Source: Hormiphora californensis (taxonomy: Eukaryota; Animalia; Ctenophora). Taken from it: DNA of 64,000 nt. This document shows, one piece after another, positions 1-13,149 of the stretch. The stretch spans positions 3,162,001 to 3,226,000 of the forward strand of contig CM035351.1 in NCBI GenBank assembly GCA_020137815.1. Reading direction: 5' to 3'. Position 1 is the stretch's first letter, and every line of letters starts with the position of its first letter. The translations under genes and the position numbers were made by a program. The notes beneath the pieces are model-generated. The model saw nothing but the letters and a program-made list of their open reading frames with translations. It did no database searches and had not been told where the DNA came from.

Positions 1-372
1 TAGGGACATGACGCCGACGAGGTAGACTGACAGGAAGGGTAGCGTCTCCCAGAGTAGACCCCAGAGATGACAAAACACGGCAGAACCAAACATTGCTGGT
101 GACCTGTTCCACAGAAAGCTTACAATTACAGGTGGAAGGGTGGCCGATATGAGTAGATCTACCAGAGCAATCCACACGTAGATGACATTGAAAAAGTTCT
201 TGTTCTGACTACCCCGTTCCTGGTGAATGAAGAATATCAGAGCGGAAAGGTTAGCCGGGGCACCCACTGCCAGGGCTAGAATGTAGAAAGCTGCAAAGAG
301 GTAGTTGCTGGCACAGTGGGCTATCTCGGGAGGGAGCGCTGTGGATATGATGGTGAAGTTCTCCCCTGACAT
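1..372 (-). CDS. Rhodopsin-like (class A) GPCR, N-terminal part; runs off the left edge
   Basis: Manual translation from ATG at 372: MSGENFTIISTALPPEIAHCASNYLFAAFYILALAVGAPANLSALIFF...VIYVWIALVDLLISATLPPVIVSFLWNRSPAMFGSAVFCHLWGLLWETLPFLSVYLVGVMSL. N-glycosylation sequon NFT, TM1 GxxxN, TM2 Asp (ALVDLL), Cys at the top of TM3. Absent from the ORF track because it is truncated. Confidence 0.85.
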   Translation of the reverse strand, partial: MSGENFTIISTALPPEIAHCASNYLFAAFYILALAVGAPANLSALIFFIHQERGSQNKNFFNVIYVWIALVDLLISATLPPVIVSFLWNRSPAMFGSAVFCHLWGLLWETLPFLSVYLVGVMSL

Positions 373-685
373 TTCTCAGTGCTACAATGGGGAGGGAGGT
401 GGTGGGGTTAACATGATCATCTGTAGGAGAACAGAAGCTAGATAAATGTTAAGAAATGGAGTACTGAGTAGGTGTGGGTCATATTTAAGCGAAATTTTCC
501 ATTATGGAAATTCTAAGAAACGCCAGTTGGTTCTTGGAATTTCTTGGATGGGTAGCGGAAAATCATCAATATGCGATGAGAGCAAAGCACTCAGAATAGT
601 TATGTAGCACTAATGGGTTTACTCATTGTGAATGAGAGTAGTGTAGTATACTTTTTTAGAACTCTAGTAATTTAGCACAGTGCGT

Positions 686-985
686 AGTTTACCAAATTAC
701 ATAATCCTAGGTGCAGTAAAATTGAGAATGACAGAGACTAAACTAAGAGAAGGATAAAGCCTGGGATTTTAGCGGGGAAAGGGTTTCAGTTTAAAGAGAG
801 GGGAACGATCCTCCTTTAATGTCCTAGTAGTTTACCAAATTACATAATCCTAGGTGCAGTAAAATAAAGAATGACAGAGACTAAACTAAGAGATTCTCTT
901 AGTAAGAGAAGAAAGAGATAGGGCCTGGTATTTCAGCAGGGAAAGGGTATCAGTTTAAAGAGAGGGGGGAACGATCCTCCTTTAT
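686..985. repeat. Imperfect tandem duplication (two ~140-155 bp units)
   Basis: TAGTTTACCAAATTACATAATCCTAGGTGCAGTAAAAT...GAATGACAGAGACTAAACTAAGAGA...CAGTTTAAAGAGAGGG..AACGATCCTCCTTTA occurs at ~686 and again at ~828. Confidence 0.85.
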
Positions 986-1554
986 TATACCAACAGGTGG
1001 GTATCAAAGAGCCACAAAGGTGGGGTGTAACAACCTGCATTGTAGTAGAAGCACACAGCGGGGCCTGGTGTATTATAACAGGGCCTGGTGTATAATAACA
1101 GGGCCACTATAATAGGACCTCATAATGTATACACAAGATCGGGTAAAATAGAGAAAGGTAGTTATTCACACTCACACTCACAGCATTCAACCCTCATCCC
1201 CGTTCAGACTACACTGTTTTACCGTAGTCACGGTCAGACTCCATTGTTGTTTGAGACCCCCCTAGTACTCAGCAATTGAATTGATAATGCGTCTGGGTCG
1301 CGGTTATACACTATGACATGGAGTTCTGTGGTTTACTGTTATGTTTTATTCACTCACTTCAAATAACGAAATAACGATTCGAACAGGCGAGGGGGGTTTG
1401 AGCTAATGAGTCCTGAGATGTCAAGATTAAATACAGCAACCTGTATCTGGGTAGGCTGAAATGTCATAATTTGAATATCTATTTGAATCACATTATGATA
1501 TGCACACAATGTCGTTGACTCTTCAATAACAATTAACATATTATTATGATGGTT

Positions 1555-1676
<122 letters not shown>

Positions 1677-2034
1677 CACATGATACTAATTGCTGGTGCT
1701 GACTCTATAACAACACACGCCATATAACTACCCAAGCATTATCATCTCACTATAATGAACCTAACACAAAATTCGTGGAGTAAATTAGTATCTTTTGAGG
1801 GTCATCTCATGTGTCATTATTGACGAGGTCTCCACCCCTTACTCTCCCCCTCTCTCTTCGGTTGACTTCGGTACTGAAAGGCCAGGCGACCAAGGCTGAA
1901 CCATGGTACTATGAAATGAACACAGTTCACCAATAGAGTGAGATGGGTGGGTTATTGTGGAGCTGTTAGTGCGCTTGTTAGATGATTGTGATTAATGAAC
2001 GAGATAAAGAGGGGGAGAAAGAGAGGGGAGAGAG

Positions 2035-2077
<43 letters not shown>

Positions 2078-2619
2078 TTGTCAAAAGAGTTTGAATAACG
2101 CGGTACCGGTGCACAATGCAATTGACAAAGAGAGGTCGTATCGATAATGGTAATGAGTATTGGTCCGTGGTTGAAAAGCTAAGTTCGCGGAATAAAGAGG
2201 GCACTAAAAATGGATTCATCACTAAACAAGAGACCCACAAAAGATAACCCGCAAAAGACCCACAAAAGATGGCTTCAAATTAATGATCTGGGGGCACGTG
2301 TCCCGTATAAGCCACGTTACCGATTACTTTAACTTTTCCCATGGCCATGAGAAGCACGTACAATGGTCGCAGTAAGCTGTGCAATGATTGGATGCAAGTT
2401 TTATAGCCAGCCTAGCAATAGATGGTATATGTTTACCCATTAAGGCTTCATTCTCACATGGTAAAGTTGACTAAAAGCTTGGTTATGTTCACGTGAGGTA
2501 GAATATATATAAACCTAGATGGCTATATAACCTTTATAAAACGCCTACTGTGCATGAATCGCATGAGGTGGGTATACATATATTATCAGCCGCATGTCTA
2601 TAAGCTGACTAACACAGCT

Positions 2620-2675
<56 letters not shown>

Positions 2676-3090
2676 ACCCATATATAATAATCTCCGCAAG
2701 CCGCGTAGAAAATATTAATTTATATGCTGTCCCTGGGGGATCTAAGGAAGATACAAGCATGGCTATTAACGTACGATAGTTAGCTCAATGATTAATGTTC
2801 AGAAAATTAATGAGAATATAATGCACGAAACAAGGATATACTATATCGACATGAAGTTGGCTTGTTATTAGCAATTAAACCAATTACTTTGTCGGAACGT
2901 CTCTACCACGTAGTATGGGATAGAATGGGATAAAGAGATAGATAGGAAGTGAGAGACTTTTGTGAGCTATACCCCTTTCTCTCCTGCCGGAACTTCGGTC
3001 CACTTTTATCTATTCAACTTCAAGTATCTTCATTCTTTTTCTTATTTTTAGTCCGAGAAATTATCTCTTCATCTAAATTATTTCTTTTAA

Positions 3091-3541
3091 AGGTTGACAA
3101 GATACCTAGAACTTTTCGTATATCGTCTTATTTTGATTTATCATTAATTTTCAGCATTTTTTTCAGAATTTTTTGTCGGCTAGAAATATGTGCAAAATAG
3201 GGGGTCTACTGATAAACTAGAGGCGCAATTTAAAAATTGATACCGTAATATCTCCGGTTCTTGATGAGATACAGAAACCGTTTTGGTAGCGTTGGAAAGG
3301 TCTTATTAAGACCAAACCAACGCAACCAAGATCAAGTAGCTATCTTTTGAGGAACTAGAAACGTGAATTTCAATTTGCGAGACGCAGTGAGTGTGCCCAG
3401 TAAAACCAGTGCTGACAATATCGGTAGACCCCCTATTTCGAATTTTTTTCTAGCCGACAAAAAATTCTGAAAAAATGCTGAAAATTAATGATAAATCAAA
3501 ATAAGACGATATACGAAAAGTTTTAGGTATCTTGTCAACCT
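3091..3541. mobile_element. Non-autonomous DNA transposon (MITE) with ~120-bp TIRs and TTAA TSD, Kolobok-like
   Basis: TTAA|AGGTTGACAAGATACCTA...TAGGTATCTTGTCAACCT|TTAA with long near-perfect inverted arms. TTAA TSD with purine-purine termini fits Kolobok better than piggyBac (CC termini). Confidence 0.8.
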
Positions 3542-3587
3542 TTAAAACCTATATTCTATAATCTATATATTTCCACAGTAACTTATA

Positions 3588-4054
3588 CTCCATTTTTTTC
3601 AACTGTTCACCCCCCAAAGTCGTGCGTGTACACATCTCTATTATAATTTGGAGATGAACGTCGTCGAAGTCGTTCGTTAGGCGGTATCTAAGCGACAGTG
3701 CTCCTTCATAAAATACTTTATGTGACCAAAGCTGTAAAGCTGTCATTCACACTTTTGGAACTTCCAGTGGAAGTTAATTTATATTTTCGAATGACTTTTA
3801 ACATGCCAGTCACCATGTTTACCAATTCAGTTGCCATGGCAACCGTGTTATTGACGTTGAAAGTGGCGAAATGAGCCACACGGCGAAGCCGGGTGGGTTA
3901 TCAAAAGGCCCTTACTCGAGGCGCACCAATGGGTGCGCTAGTGTGATAAACGTGCAAAACAATTGTTTTGCACGTTTATCACATGTTAACGTGTAGTGCG
4001 CGCCACAAAAATTATAAATTTCAGTTTTTGGGGGAACAGTTGAAAAAAAAGGAC
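3588..4054. mobile_element. Diverged MITE with ~28-bp imperfect TIRs; related partial copy in reverse orientation at ~14440-14710
   Basis: CTCCATTTTTTTCAACTGTTCACCCCCCAAA ... TTTGGGGGAACAGTTGAAAAAAAAGGAC. Internal TTAGGCGGTATCTAAGCGACAGTGCTCCTTCATAAAA is the reverse complement of ~14568-14604. Confidence 0.7.
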
Positions 4055-5425
4055 TTTAGATTAAGCTGGAATACTGGTCGAGTATAGCCTCTACTAAAGA
4101 TATATGTCCTCTGTACTAGGTTTAAATTGTGTGGCTCACACCTTCATTTGAGGGTTCGGTAGATCAAGGGCACATAGTAATAAGTAATGGTCGGAGAAGA
4201 GCACTATAATATATTCTCTATTCTGTCTGTTGGAGCGGACAGTAAGGTAGTGGTCAAGGCAATTAACAAATAACTGCCACAGACTCATTCGGGCTCTCCG
4301 CTGATCATCCCGCTAGGCATCATACGCCACTATCTCATAGCTGTATGAACCCCTAATATAAATATCTCGACTAAAAGTAAAGCGCACATGCCATTACGTG
4401 GGGTCCCCCTATCTGTCTCCTCCTCTCTCTCTCTCTTCCTTCTCTCATTCTATAAATCGGGTTTTTTTTCCCCCCCAAAGGTTTGGGTTTGGTGAATAAA
4501 AGGGAGAGCCACCCGGGGGGTTTAAAAAGGCCTATCGAGGGCCATGGTAGAGTGTGATAAACGTAATTTTCCCTTTTTCTATTTTAACTGGCCCCACAAT
4601 TATTTTTTTGGGAAAGTTGACCCAAACTTTATAATTGTTTTTGGGCGGTAACCTCTACTAAATTTTTTCTTTTCTGGTTTTTTGGCCCCACCTTTTTTCC
4701 TTTCTGTTTCAAGGGCCTTAATAATTGGTCGAAACCCAATTGGTTTGTTGGGCCAAATTAATTTTTGTGTCAATAAAAAGCGCTCAACCAGGGGTTCCGG
4801 TTCGTCACCCTTCTTCTTTTCGGAGGCGCTTAAAATTTCTCCCTTTACCCGTGCCCTTCAAATAGGTAATAATTCTTCCTTACGTTCTTTTCTCTTTTTT
4901 CCTCTATTTTCCCCCCCTTTTCCTTCTTCTTCTCTTCTTCTTTCCTCTCTCTCTCTCTTCTCTCCCTCCTCCCTTCTGATCCAAATTCAATTCCTCCCTC
5001 CAAAATGAGTAGCGAGATTGTCCAGCATGCAATTAGTCGTAGGTAGATCAGCTTCCAGCTGATTCGAATTGTGGACTGCTAACAACTTCATCAACTATAA
5101 CAACTTAGCTCGTTCAATGTTCATGCTAAGTGAAAGTCACGCACACCTCTAAATTAGAGGAAAGTCTAAACTAGAGGTCTAATGAACAATATGTGAACAA
5201 TATGTGATGCATGGTCTATCTGCATGATACACAAATAACCAGTAAAATATAAGGAGGCGCCCCGGGTTGTGTAATGTTGGCCAACATTATGAAATGGTGT
5301 TGGACCCCCTCTCTTTCAGTTTGTTGAGTAACAACTCTCAGTGTGGGTGGGTGCGGCGGTACCGGCCCTTTGTCAAAGGAGTTAATAAATGAGTTAAACG
5401 GTGCAGTCATGATGAGGTGAACACA

Positions 5426-5546
5426 GTTTAGTAAATGGTGGTGGTGTGGCTCTTTTTTAGGTATTATATTGATCTAATGGTTCTACTAAGTTTAGTAAAT
5501 GGTGGCTCTTTTTTAGGTATTATATTGATCTAATGGTTCTACTAAG
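5426..5546. repeat. Short direct tandem duplication (~57-63 bp x2)
   Basis: AGTTTAGTAAATGGTGG...CTCTTTTTTAGGTATTATATTGATCTAATGGTTCTACTAAG occurs twice. Confidence 0.85.
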
Positions 5547-6073
5547 GAGTGCAACTCTCATTATGGCCCACTGAGCGGGGTCCTACGAGACACGAGCCAA
5601 GCTGTGTTACAGTTTTACTAGTAAATATAACGGTATGAACAAAACAGAATACACGAAGGATATACCGTGGTGTTTATACAATACCGGGGGAAACAACACT
5701 TTTACAGGACAGATTACCAAATACAGCTGACATACGACACATGATATAATATTATAATATGTCGTCTAGGGCAATTATCATACACAGTATAATAGCCGTA
5801 TATTATGGGCTTGTGCGTTGGTTCATATTATGAACACCGTCACAGGGTACATTTACACCAAAAAACCCGGAAACAGCAAAATTAATATGGCCATGGATAT
5901 CCGGCAAGAAACACACTGATAGTGTATCAGTCAGGGGAGAGACTATAAGGCCACATACCGGGGCAATTAACTACTGATTATTTGTGGTGGACATTTGTGG
6001 TCAAAGTATGATAATTATCTAATATTTATGGGCTGGGCAGTGGATATGTTGGTATGTGGTCTCACAAAAATCA

Positions 6074-6300
6074 AATACAAGCTTGAGAAAATAATTAGAT
6101 AGATTGGGTCTCAAGGCTCAAGCTCCCAATTCAATTTTAAACAAGAAACAAATAACACAAGCGTGAGAAATTAATTAGATAGATTAGGTCTTAAGGCTCG
6201 AGCCAATTAATACAAGCTTAAGAAATTAATGAGATAGATTAGATCTTGAGCCTGAGAAACAACTACAAGTGCATGCTTGATTGATTGGATCTTGAAGTTG
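6074..6300. repeat. Degenerate tandem repeat (3-4 units)
   Basis: Recurring ACAAGCTTGAGAAA.TAATTAGATAGATT.GGTCT.AAGGCTC motif. Confidence 0.7.
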
Positions 6301-7180
6301 AGATAACACCCACTGGTGAAGGTCTCAGAATAAACAAAACTATATGCAATTGTTCCTCAATAGGCTTATAATAATTGGTTAGATGAATATTTAGAAATTA
6401 GAGTGATGACAATTGAATATATATTCGCTATAATATTCCGAATATTCAATTGACTTTTGGTTCTACGGAGCGAATATTATTTACTCCGTAGAACTAGAAT
6501 TCAGTTGTGGCGACAAATAACTTACTGAAATTCACTGAGCCTCTTAAATAAGTTCTCTAGAACTGATCATATCAACTAAACGATCAATAAGAGTCTTATT
6601 CTTCGTTGATAATGATATGATTATATATGATCAGCTCATAGAGAAGTTATTCTTCAGGGCAATATTTAGATAGTCAAATGGGATACAAATGTTATCAGAG
6701 ACATAATATTTGTTGCTTTAGAAGCCTGAAAAGAGACTCAATCAATGCAATAAAATAGGACAACAATATGTGGGATATTCAGAAGCCCTAATAATAATAT
6801 AATCTATATAATTCTATCTCTCCCATCCACCCTCCCCCACCATAACATCCCATATTTTTCTGTTTCATAATATCTGAGGCACTATCGCCAATTTCTCATC
6901 CCCGAGTAGTATCTCATCAGCCTATGAAGCTAATGAGAGTCCGATTGGATTGCAGTATGTTATACTTAGTAACACGGCTTAGAAAGATATATGTGGCTGA
7001 ATATCCAGCGAAACAAAGTGCTATGTGATGCAGTGACCATCATGTAGAGCTCCCCCCTCCACGGTGGAGCCCACCAGTGGTGGGGGTAGCATTAGCAAAC
7101 CGAGAATAGCTCAACCAAGCACACAGTGCATTTTCTACCCTAGAGAGAGATAGTGAGGGAGAGAGTCCGGACTCTCTCTC

Positions 7181-7274
<94 letters not shown>

Positions 7275-7407
7275 CTCTCTCTGACTCTCTCTCCCTCTGC
7301 TCTCTTTCTCTTTTTCCACCTTGTTAGTTGATGGTGTTGTAGTCAATTCTAAACATCTAGCGCAGCCACACACAAACTGAGACGTGGCACTTACTGACCT
7401 TGTAGGC

Positions 7408-7531
<124 letters not shown>

Positions 7532-8455
7532 CGTGGATTAGTCTCTCACAATCTTCCTACTTCATAGTACTGTATAATTGAGAGGTATTTAATGTGGCGC
7601 AAACAACTTGACATGGCTAAGACATAATACAGCACACTCTTATATAATGCTCCTAACTCCTAGCCTAATGCCTCATCTCTATCTCTCTCTCTCTCTATCT
7701 CTCTCTCTCCAATCTACATCTGGTGTGTGTTTTTGTATAACTCCTCCCCCGTATTCCTGCAGAAGGGAGAAGCAGGAAGACACGCACCTACACAAACTTT
7801 ATTGAGCACTTACCCAACAGGAAAGCACCACTACACACTAATTTGCTATTGTTTTGGCAAAACGTGTGGTTTAGTATTTCCGGTTTAATCAAGTGGTATA
7901 ATTAGTTGGAAATCAACAGATAAACACTAGAATTAGAAAAGTGGAATCAATGATTCCGGGAATCAGAAGCTGTCAGGCCAATGCTCTGACCAATGCTCTG
8001 ACCAATGCTCTGACAGATGCTCTGACCAATGCTCTAACCACAGTCCCCACGTGCGAAATGAGAATAGGGTCAGGCTATGATCCAGTTTGGAAGATTTCGC
8101 ATATATTGGGGTCTGGCGCCGCCAGACTTGTTGAGTAACATCGCCAGACAGGGCATTGCGATTACTGAGAACTCCAACAGCTGAGAAGTGACAGTATCAA
8201 CTTGGCACAGGCTGGAATTTATAGCTGACACTTCAAGGACACACATTAGAATCAAATTAAGGGCAGCTTTGCGGGCCGCATGGATACAAAGAAAACCTAA
8301 GACAGATATACCATGAAGCGTGATGCAGCTGTCAGTGATGCGGTATCACACCTCACAAAGTTGGACTACCCTTGAACATGAGCAGTTCTAAGTCTATAGT
8401 CCAGCCGTATTTCACAGACTGTACCTGACCTACCTAGTTTTTAAAGAGTTATATA

Positions 8456-10022
8456 CAGGGTGTCCCATATATTCTCCGGGTCGGTTGGCGAGCTGTCACG
8501 CAAAAACGGTGATAGTTGTGTGAAAACAAACTGTGGGAGTGTGCTGGATTAATACCTTCCTAACTGATGGCTTTGTTTTAAAATTAAATTTCAAAAGTTC
8601 ATTTTTCATGAATGAACATTGCTGCCGTTCATTCATGAATTCTGAAATATTGTTTACCTTGAGTAAGTAACTTTTCTTTGGCTCGCAATTATCTTTCCAA
8701 TGAGCACCATAAAACTCAAATTGAAGCACCAGGTCACATAACAGTTGAGAAAATGAACATGCATGATTTTGGCTCTTTTTGCGACTTTCAATCGGCTGTA
8801 TCACCGCTACCTTATCTTCAATTTTTTTGAAACTTTGGGTGAACATTGGATAAGCAAAGATCTTTGCTCACAAGAAAAATCAAGGTCAAAACTCAAAGTT
8901 CATTTTTAAGTTTTGGTAGTTCATTCCACTCATTCATGAACCAACAACCCTAAAGTGATGGAAAAGTGTTGGATTTTGTTTGGCCAATGTCCTGCAATGA
9001 CAGAGAGGTGTAGTAACGTGTTTCCGGGCTAGTTAGTGGGTGTCCATGTGATCTTGGTGATACCTGACACCTTCACTGAGCAATAATCAAGGGATTTTCA
9101 CGAATTCAAGCATGTGATTTGGGTTTTCTGCGATTGGTATCGTGCAGCAATGTTAAGAGATCTCATAGCCCCTCGAAAATGATGGTTAGTTCAATGAAAT
9201 GAGTTGATTTATGATCGAAAATGGTCGTTGAGTTCAATGTGGCATCGGTTTTAATCTTATTGATCATAAATCAACTCAATTTATTGAACTTATCATCATT
9301 TTTGAGGTGCTATGTGATCTCTCAAGATTGCTGCACGATACCAATCGCAGTAGACCCGAATCACATGCTTTAATTTGAGAAAATCTCTTAATTATTGCTC
9401 AGTGAAGGTGTCAGGTATCACCAAGATCACATGGACACCCACTAACTAGCCCGGAAACACGTTACTACACCTCTCTGTCATTGCAGGACATTGGCCAAAC
9501 AAAATCCAACACTTTTCCATCACTTTAGGGTTGTTGGTTCATGAATGAGTGGAATGAACTACCAAAACTTAAAAATGAACTTTGAGTTTTGACCTTGATT
9601 TTTCTTGTGAGCAAAGATCTTTGCTTATCCAATGTTCACCCAAAGTTTCAAAAAGATTGAAGATAAGGTAGCGGTGATACAGCCGATTGAAAGTCGCAAA
9701 AAGAGCCAAAATCATGCATGTTCATTTTCTCAACTGTTATGTGACCTGGTGCTTCAATTTGAGTTTTATGGTGCTCATTGGAAAGATAATTGCGAGCCAA
9801 AGAAAAGTTACTTACTCAAGGTAAACAATATTTCAGAATTCATGAATGAACGGCAGCAATGTTCATTCATGAAAAATGAACTTTTGAAATTTAATTTTAA
9901 AACAAAGCCATCAGTTAGGAAGGAATTAATCCAGCACACTCCCACAGTTTGTTTTCACACAACTATCACCGTTTTTGCGTGACAGCTCGCCAACCGACCC
10001 GGAGAATATATGGGACACCCTG
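8456..10022. mobile_element. 1.57-kb foldback non-autonomous Tc1/mariner-type element, TA TSD
   Basis: TA|CAGGGTGTCCCATATATTCTCC...GGAGAATATATGGGACACCCTG|TA. The outer ~630 bp of the arms are near-identical (hence the mirrored 116-aa ORFs); the inner arms are more diverged; centre ~9240. Confidence 0.92.
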
Positions 10023-11501
10023 TATCAAACACAAAGACTGTCTTTGTGTCTTTAAGACATGCTAACAACTACAGGGTAATTGGTAAAAAGATACAACGTA
10101 ACTGCAGGCATGTCGAGTTTCCTTTTTTCCCAAACACCTTTGAATATGGTAGCCAGTATATATATCAAAGTCTGATATATACTGGCAGCCAACCAGCCGT
10201 GTGAGTCGACGCTTTTTCGAATTATCAGCCGCCTAGTTAATTTGTATGCCATGAGGGCTTTGGTGTGAATTACTCAGTTCATGTTAGTTTCTTATTAATG
10301 AGTCATTAATTATACGCATACCTCATATCATAACATCAGCATGTTGATTTTGAGCTCAACATGCCGCCCGTGTTACTGGAATGAGTCACCATGACATTAG
10401 AAAAGTATGAGTCATACCGATTCGCCCGAGACCTATGACATACTTATATTGCTTAAACATCGATCATACCCATATTTTTATATACTGGAGAAGGGGAGTC
10501 ATACCTCAACAGTGCCTAAAGACACCTATAACCCACCTATATATATATAGTTATTAAAGAGCTATGTAGATCAGTAATAATGACACTATGCAGTAAGGAT
10601 CTGCGTCAGTAGAATTTGTACACAAGTGTGTCTTGCCTTCTACATTCTACAGCTTATCACCCTATATGTAGGACCTACATGATAGTCGGTCGGCTGTAGG
10701 CAGGTCTGGTACAAATACTCTGACCAGTGACCACAGTTCTGACCACAGTGCAGTTCTGAGAATAGGGTCATGCCAATGCTCTGACAAGTCTGGTACAAAT
10801 AGTGGGTTTGGCAATGGCAATATATTACACAATTGATGCTATTATATGGAGAAATCAAATCAAGGGCTAGTCTTGGAACATTGTATGGTGGATAAATCTA
10901 ATGTCTGGAAGTTAGATTTCAATAATTTCATATGCAACAGACTTCACAATACCACAAATAAATCCGCCGAAACATATAGCATGATCACTGACTCACTGAG
11001 GCTCACAACATATATTCGAATGCAGTTGCATACCATCACATTACATGTCATCAAGTTGGTAGATGAAAAAGAAAAATCAGTTACATCGAGCCCGCGTGCT
11101 AGTTTGATCACAAAAATTCTGCACAAAAACTTATAGAAAATGAAAACAGTTTCCCCCAACAACATATCCAATTCTGTTTGTGTCTGCAGCTGCACCCCTC
11201 ACACCCCCGCCCCGCCCCCACTACTCAAATACACATGTCTATACTGATTCTCATCAAATCTCGAGCGGAACTACCTTGGCATCTAATCCTCTCTCACCTT
11301 GATCTCTTGATCACTTTCATCAACATCTGTCTCACTTGCTAGCTCCATCAACCTTCCACTATCTAATTTCCACCCCACTAAGCCCCCAACAATTTCCAGA
11401 TCTATACAAAAAGCCTCGTGCTCAATCCCATTTGAAGACTAAGAGGAATGGGAGAGAGATATAGAGGGGCTGAGAGGGAGAGAGAGAGTGAGAGAGAGAG
11501 A

Positions 11502-11580
<79 letters not shown>

Positions 11581-12049
11581 TTACAAGTCATTGTCTACCC
11601 GATCATGGTATGGTAATTATATCGGGGAGGAGGGGGAGGTACTTGTTTAGAGTCACACAGCAGTACGTGAGAGAGTATTTACCAATTGTAGTAGTTAACA
11701 ATTCACTAACGACCCTCTAGCTCCCACTTCGTAGCAGCTGTGCAGCATGTTTACTGTACGTGTGGGATGAGGTGATTCTGTAGTCTGCACCTCTAAGTCT
11801 AAATAATGTGAAGTCTAAAAGTAAACTTAGCTCAGCTGGGTTGAGACTTGAGGTAGAAGTGCAGTAATGTCATGATGAGTTACGTAGGACTTAAAATAAT
11901 TGTGCATGAGATCTCCAGCAAAGTGTGTCGGGAGCTAGGGCGTGGGAAATGGGATCTTGTATTTGTATTAGAAATCTAGAGAGCTAAGTGGTATAGATTC
12001 AAGGTTCAAGAATAGAAATATCTCTGTCCCTCTGTCTTTCCCATGCTTA

Positions 12050-12205
12050 CTCCCACTCTCACCCTCGCCCTCACTTTCACTCTCACTTTCACTCGACTCT
12101 CACACTCACCCTCACCCTCACACTCGACTCTCACCCTCACCCTCACCTTCACTTTCACTCGACTCCCACTCTCACTCTCACCCTCACTTTCACTCTCATC
12201 CACCA
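12050..12205. repeat. Degenerate hexamer repeat (CTCACC/CTCACT/TTCACT)
   Basis: Visible periodic run; gives LTLTLT/VRVRVK pseudo-ORFs. Confidence 0.85.
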
Positions 12206-13149
12206 TCGACAGGATAAAGTGCCATATTTTAAAGATAAAAGCATGTAACAATCTGGAAAGCCATTATCTGGTTTGCTTTCAACTTATTAATATTTCAGGA
12301 AACTCTCTGAAGTCTCTCTCAGTCTCAGAGAGTCTCTCTGATCTCTATCCTACTCACCCTTGTAACAAGCTCACCCCACTTAATTGCCATGGTTACAGTT
12401 CGTCAGTTGGTGTTCAACCCCTGCACGTCTCTATTTCATACAGACAATCTGACTTCACATCACATTTTATATAGCAGGATTACCACGTACCCCCCTCCCA
12501 CAATCGAGACTAGCAGGATTGGCACAAAACATGAGAGAGAACAAAAGAGAATTACAAATAAGTTCATAGTCAATAATGTCTACCAATATATAATGCGGTT
12601 ACATTAGTGAAGCTATGAATGCCCATTTATTACTTCATAATGTGTGTCAAATTGATTCCGTATTTTAAATGAGCGAACAATTAAATCGGTATGAGTGAAT
12701 TGGTGATCTAGTACAATATCACAAACGAATAGTAATACGTGACGAGGTCACTGCAGACTGTACAGTACAGTAATTTTAGTAAAACTTTTACAGGCAAAAC
12801 CGGTGCTTTTAATTGGGGCTAGCAAGAGTGTTTATTATTGAGTCGACAACTAATAATACAGACAAGGCCACGCTACCGCCCTTGTTCCGCCTCAGCCCTA
12901 ATTGGCCCTAATTGGTCCTATGAGAAACTGGCTGGTAATTCTCAACAATAAACCTGGCCTGATTCGGCCTAATATTTGAGGTTATAAAACATTGCTGCTC
13001 GCGTCTTCACTTGTTCTGATCTAAAAAATGTTCAACTACTGCAAGTAGAAGCTGGGGGAATTGAAACCGGGTAGGAGGGTGAGATTCCTTCCCACGCCCT
13101 TGAGATGCAGGCCGCGGCTAATGTCTATTTTTTTTAGATAGCAATAGTG

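Noticed and set aside
8496-9982. Two near-identical 116-aa ORFs on opposite strands
   Set aside because: They are mirror images produced by the foldback element and have no recognisable domain.
13040-13125. tRNA-like B-box on the minus strand
   Set aside because: No convincing A box or cloverleaf; at most a decayed SINE remnant.
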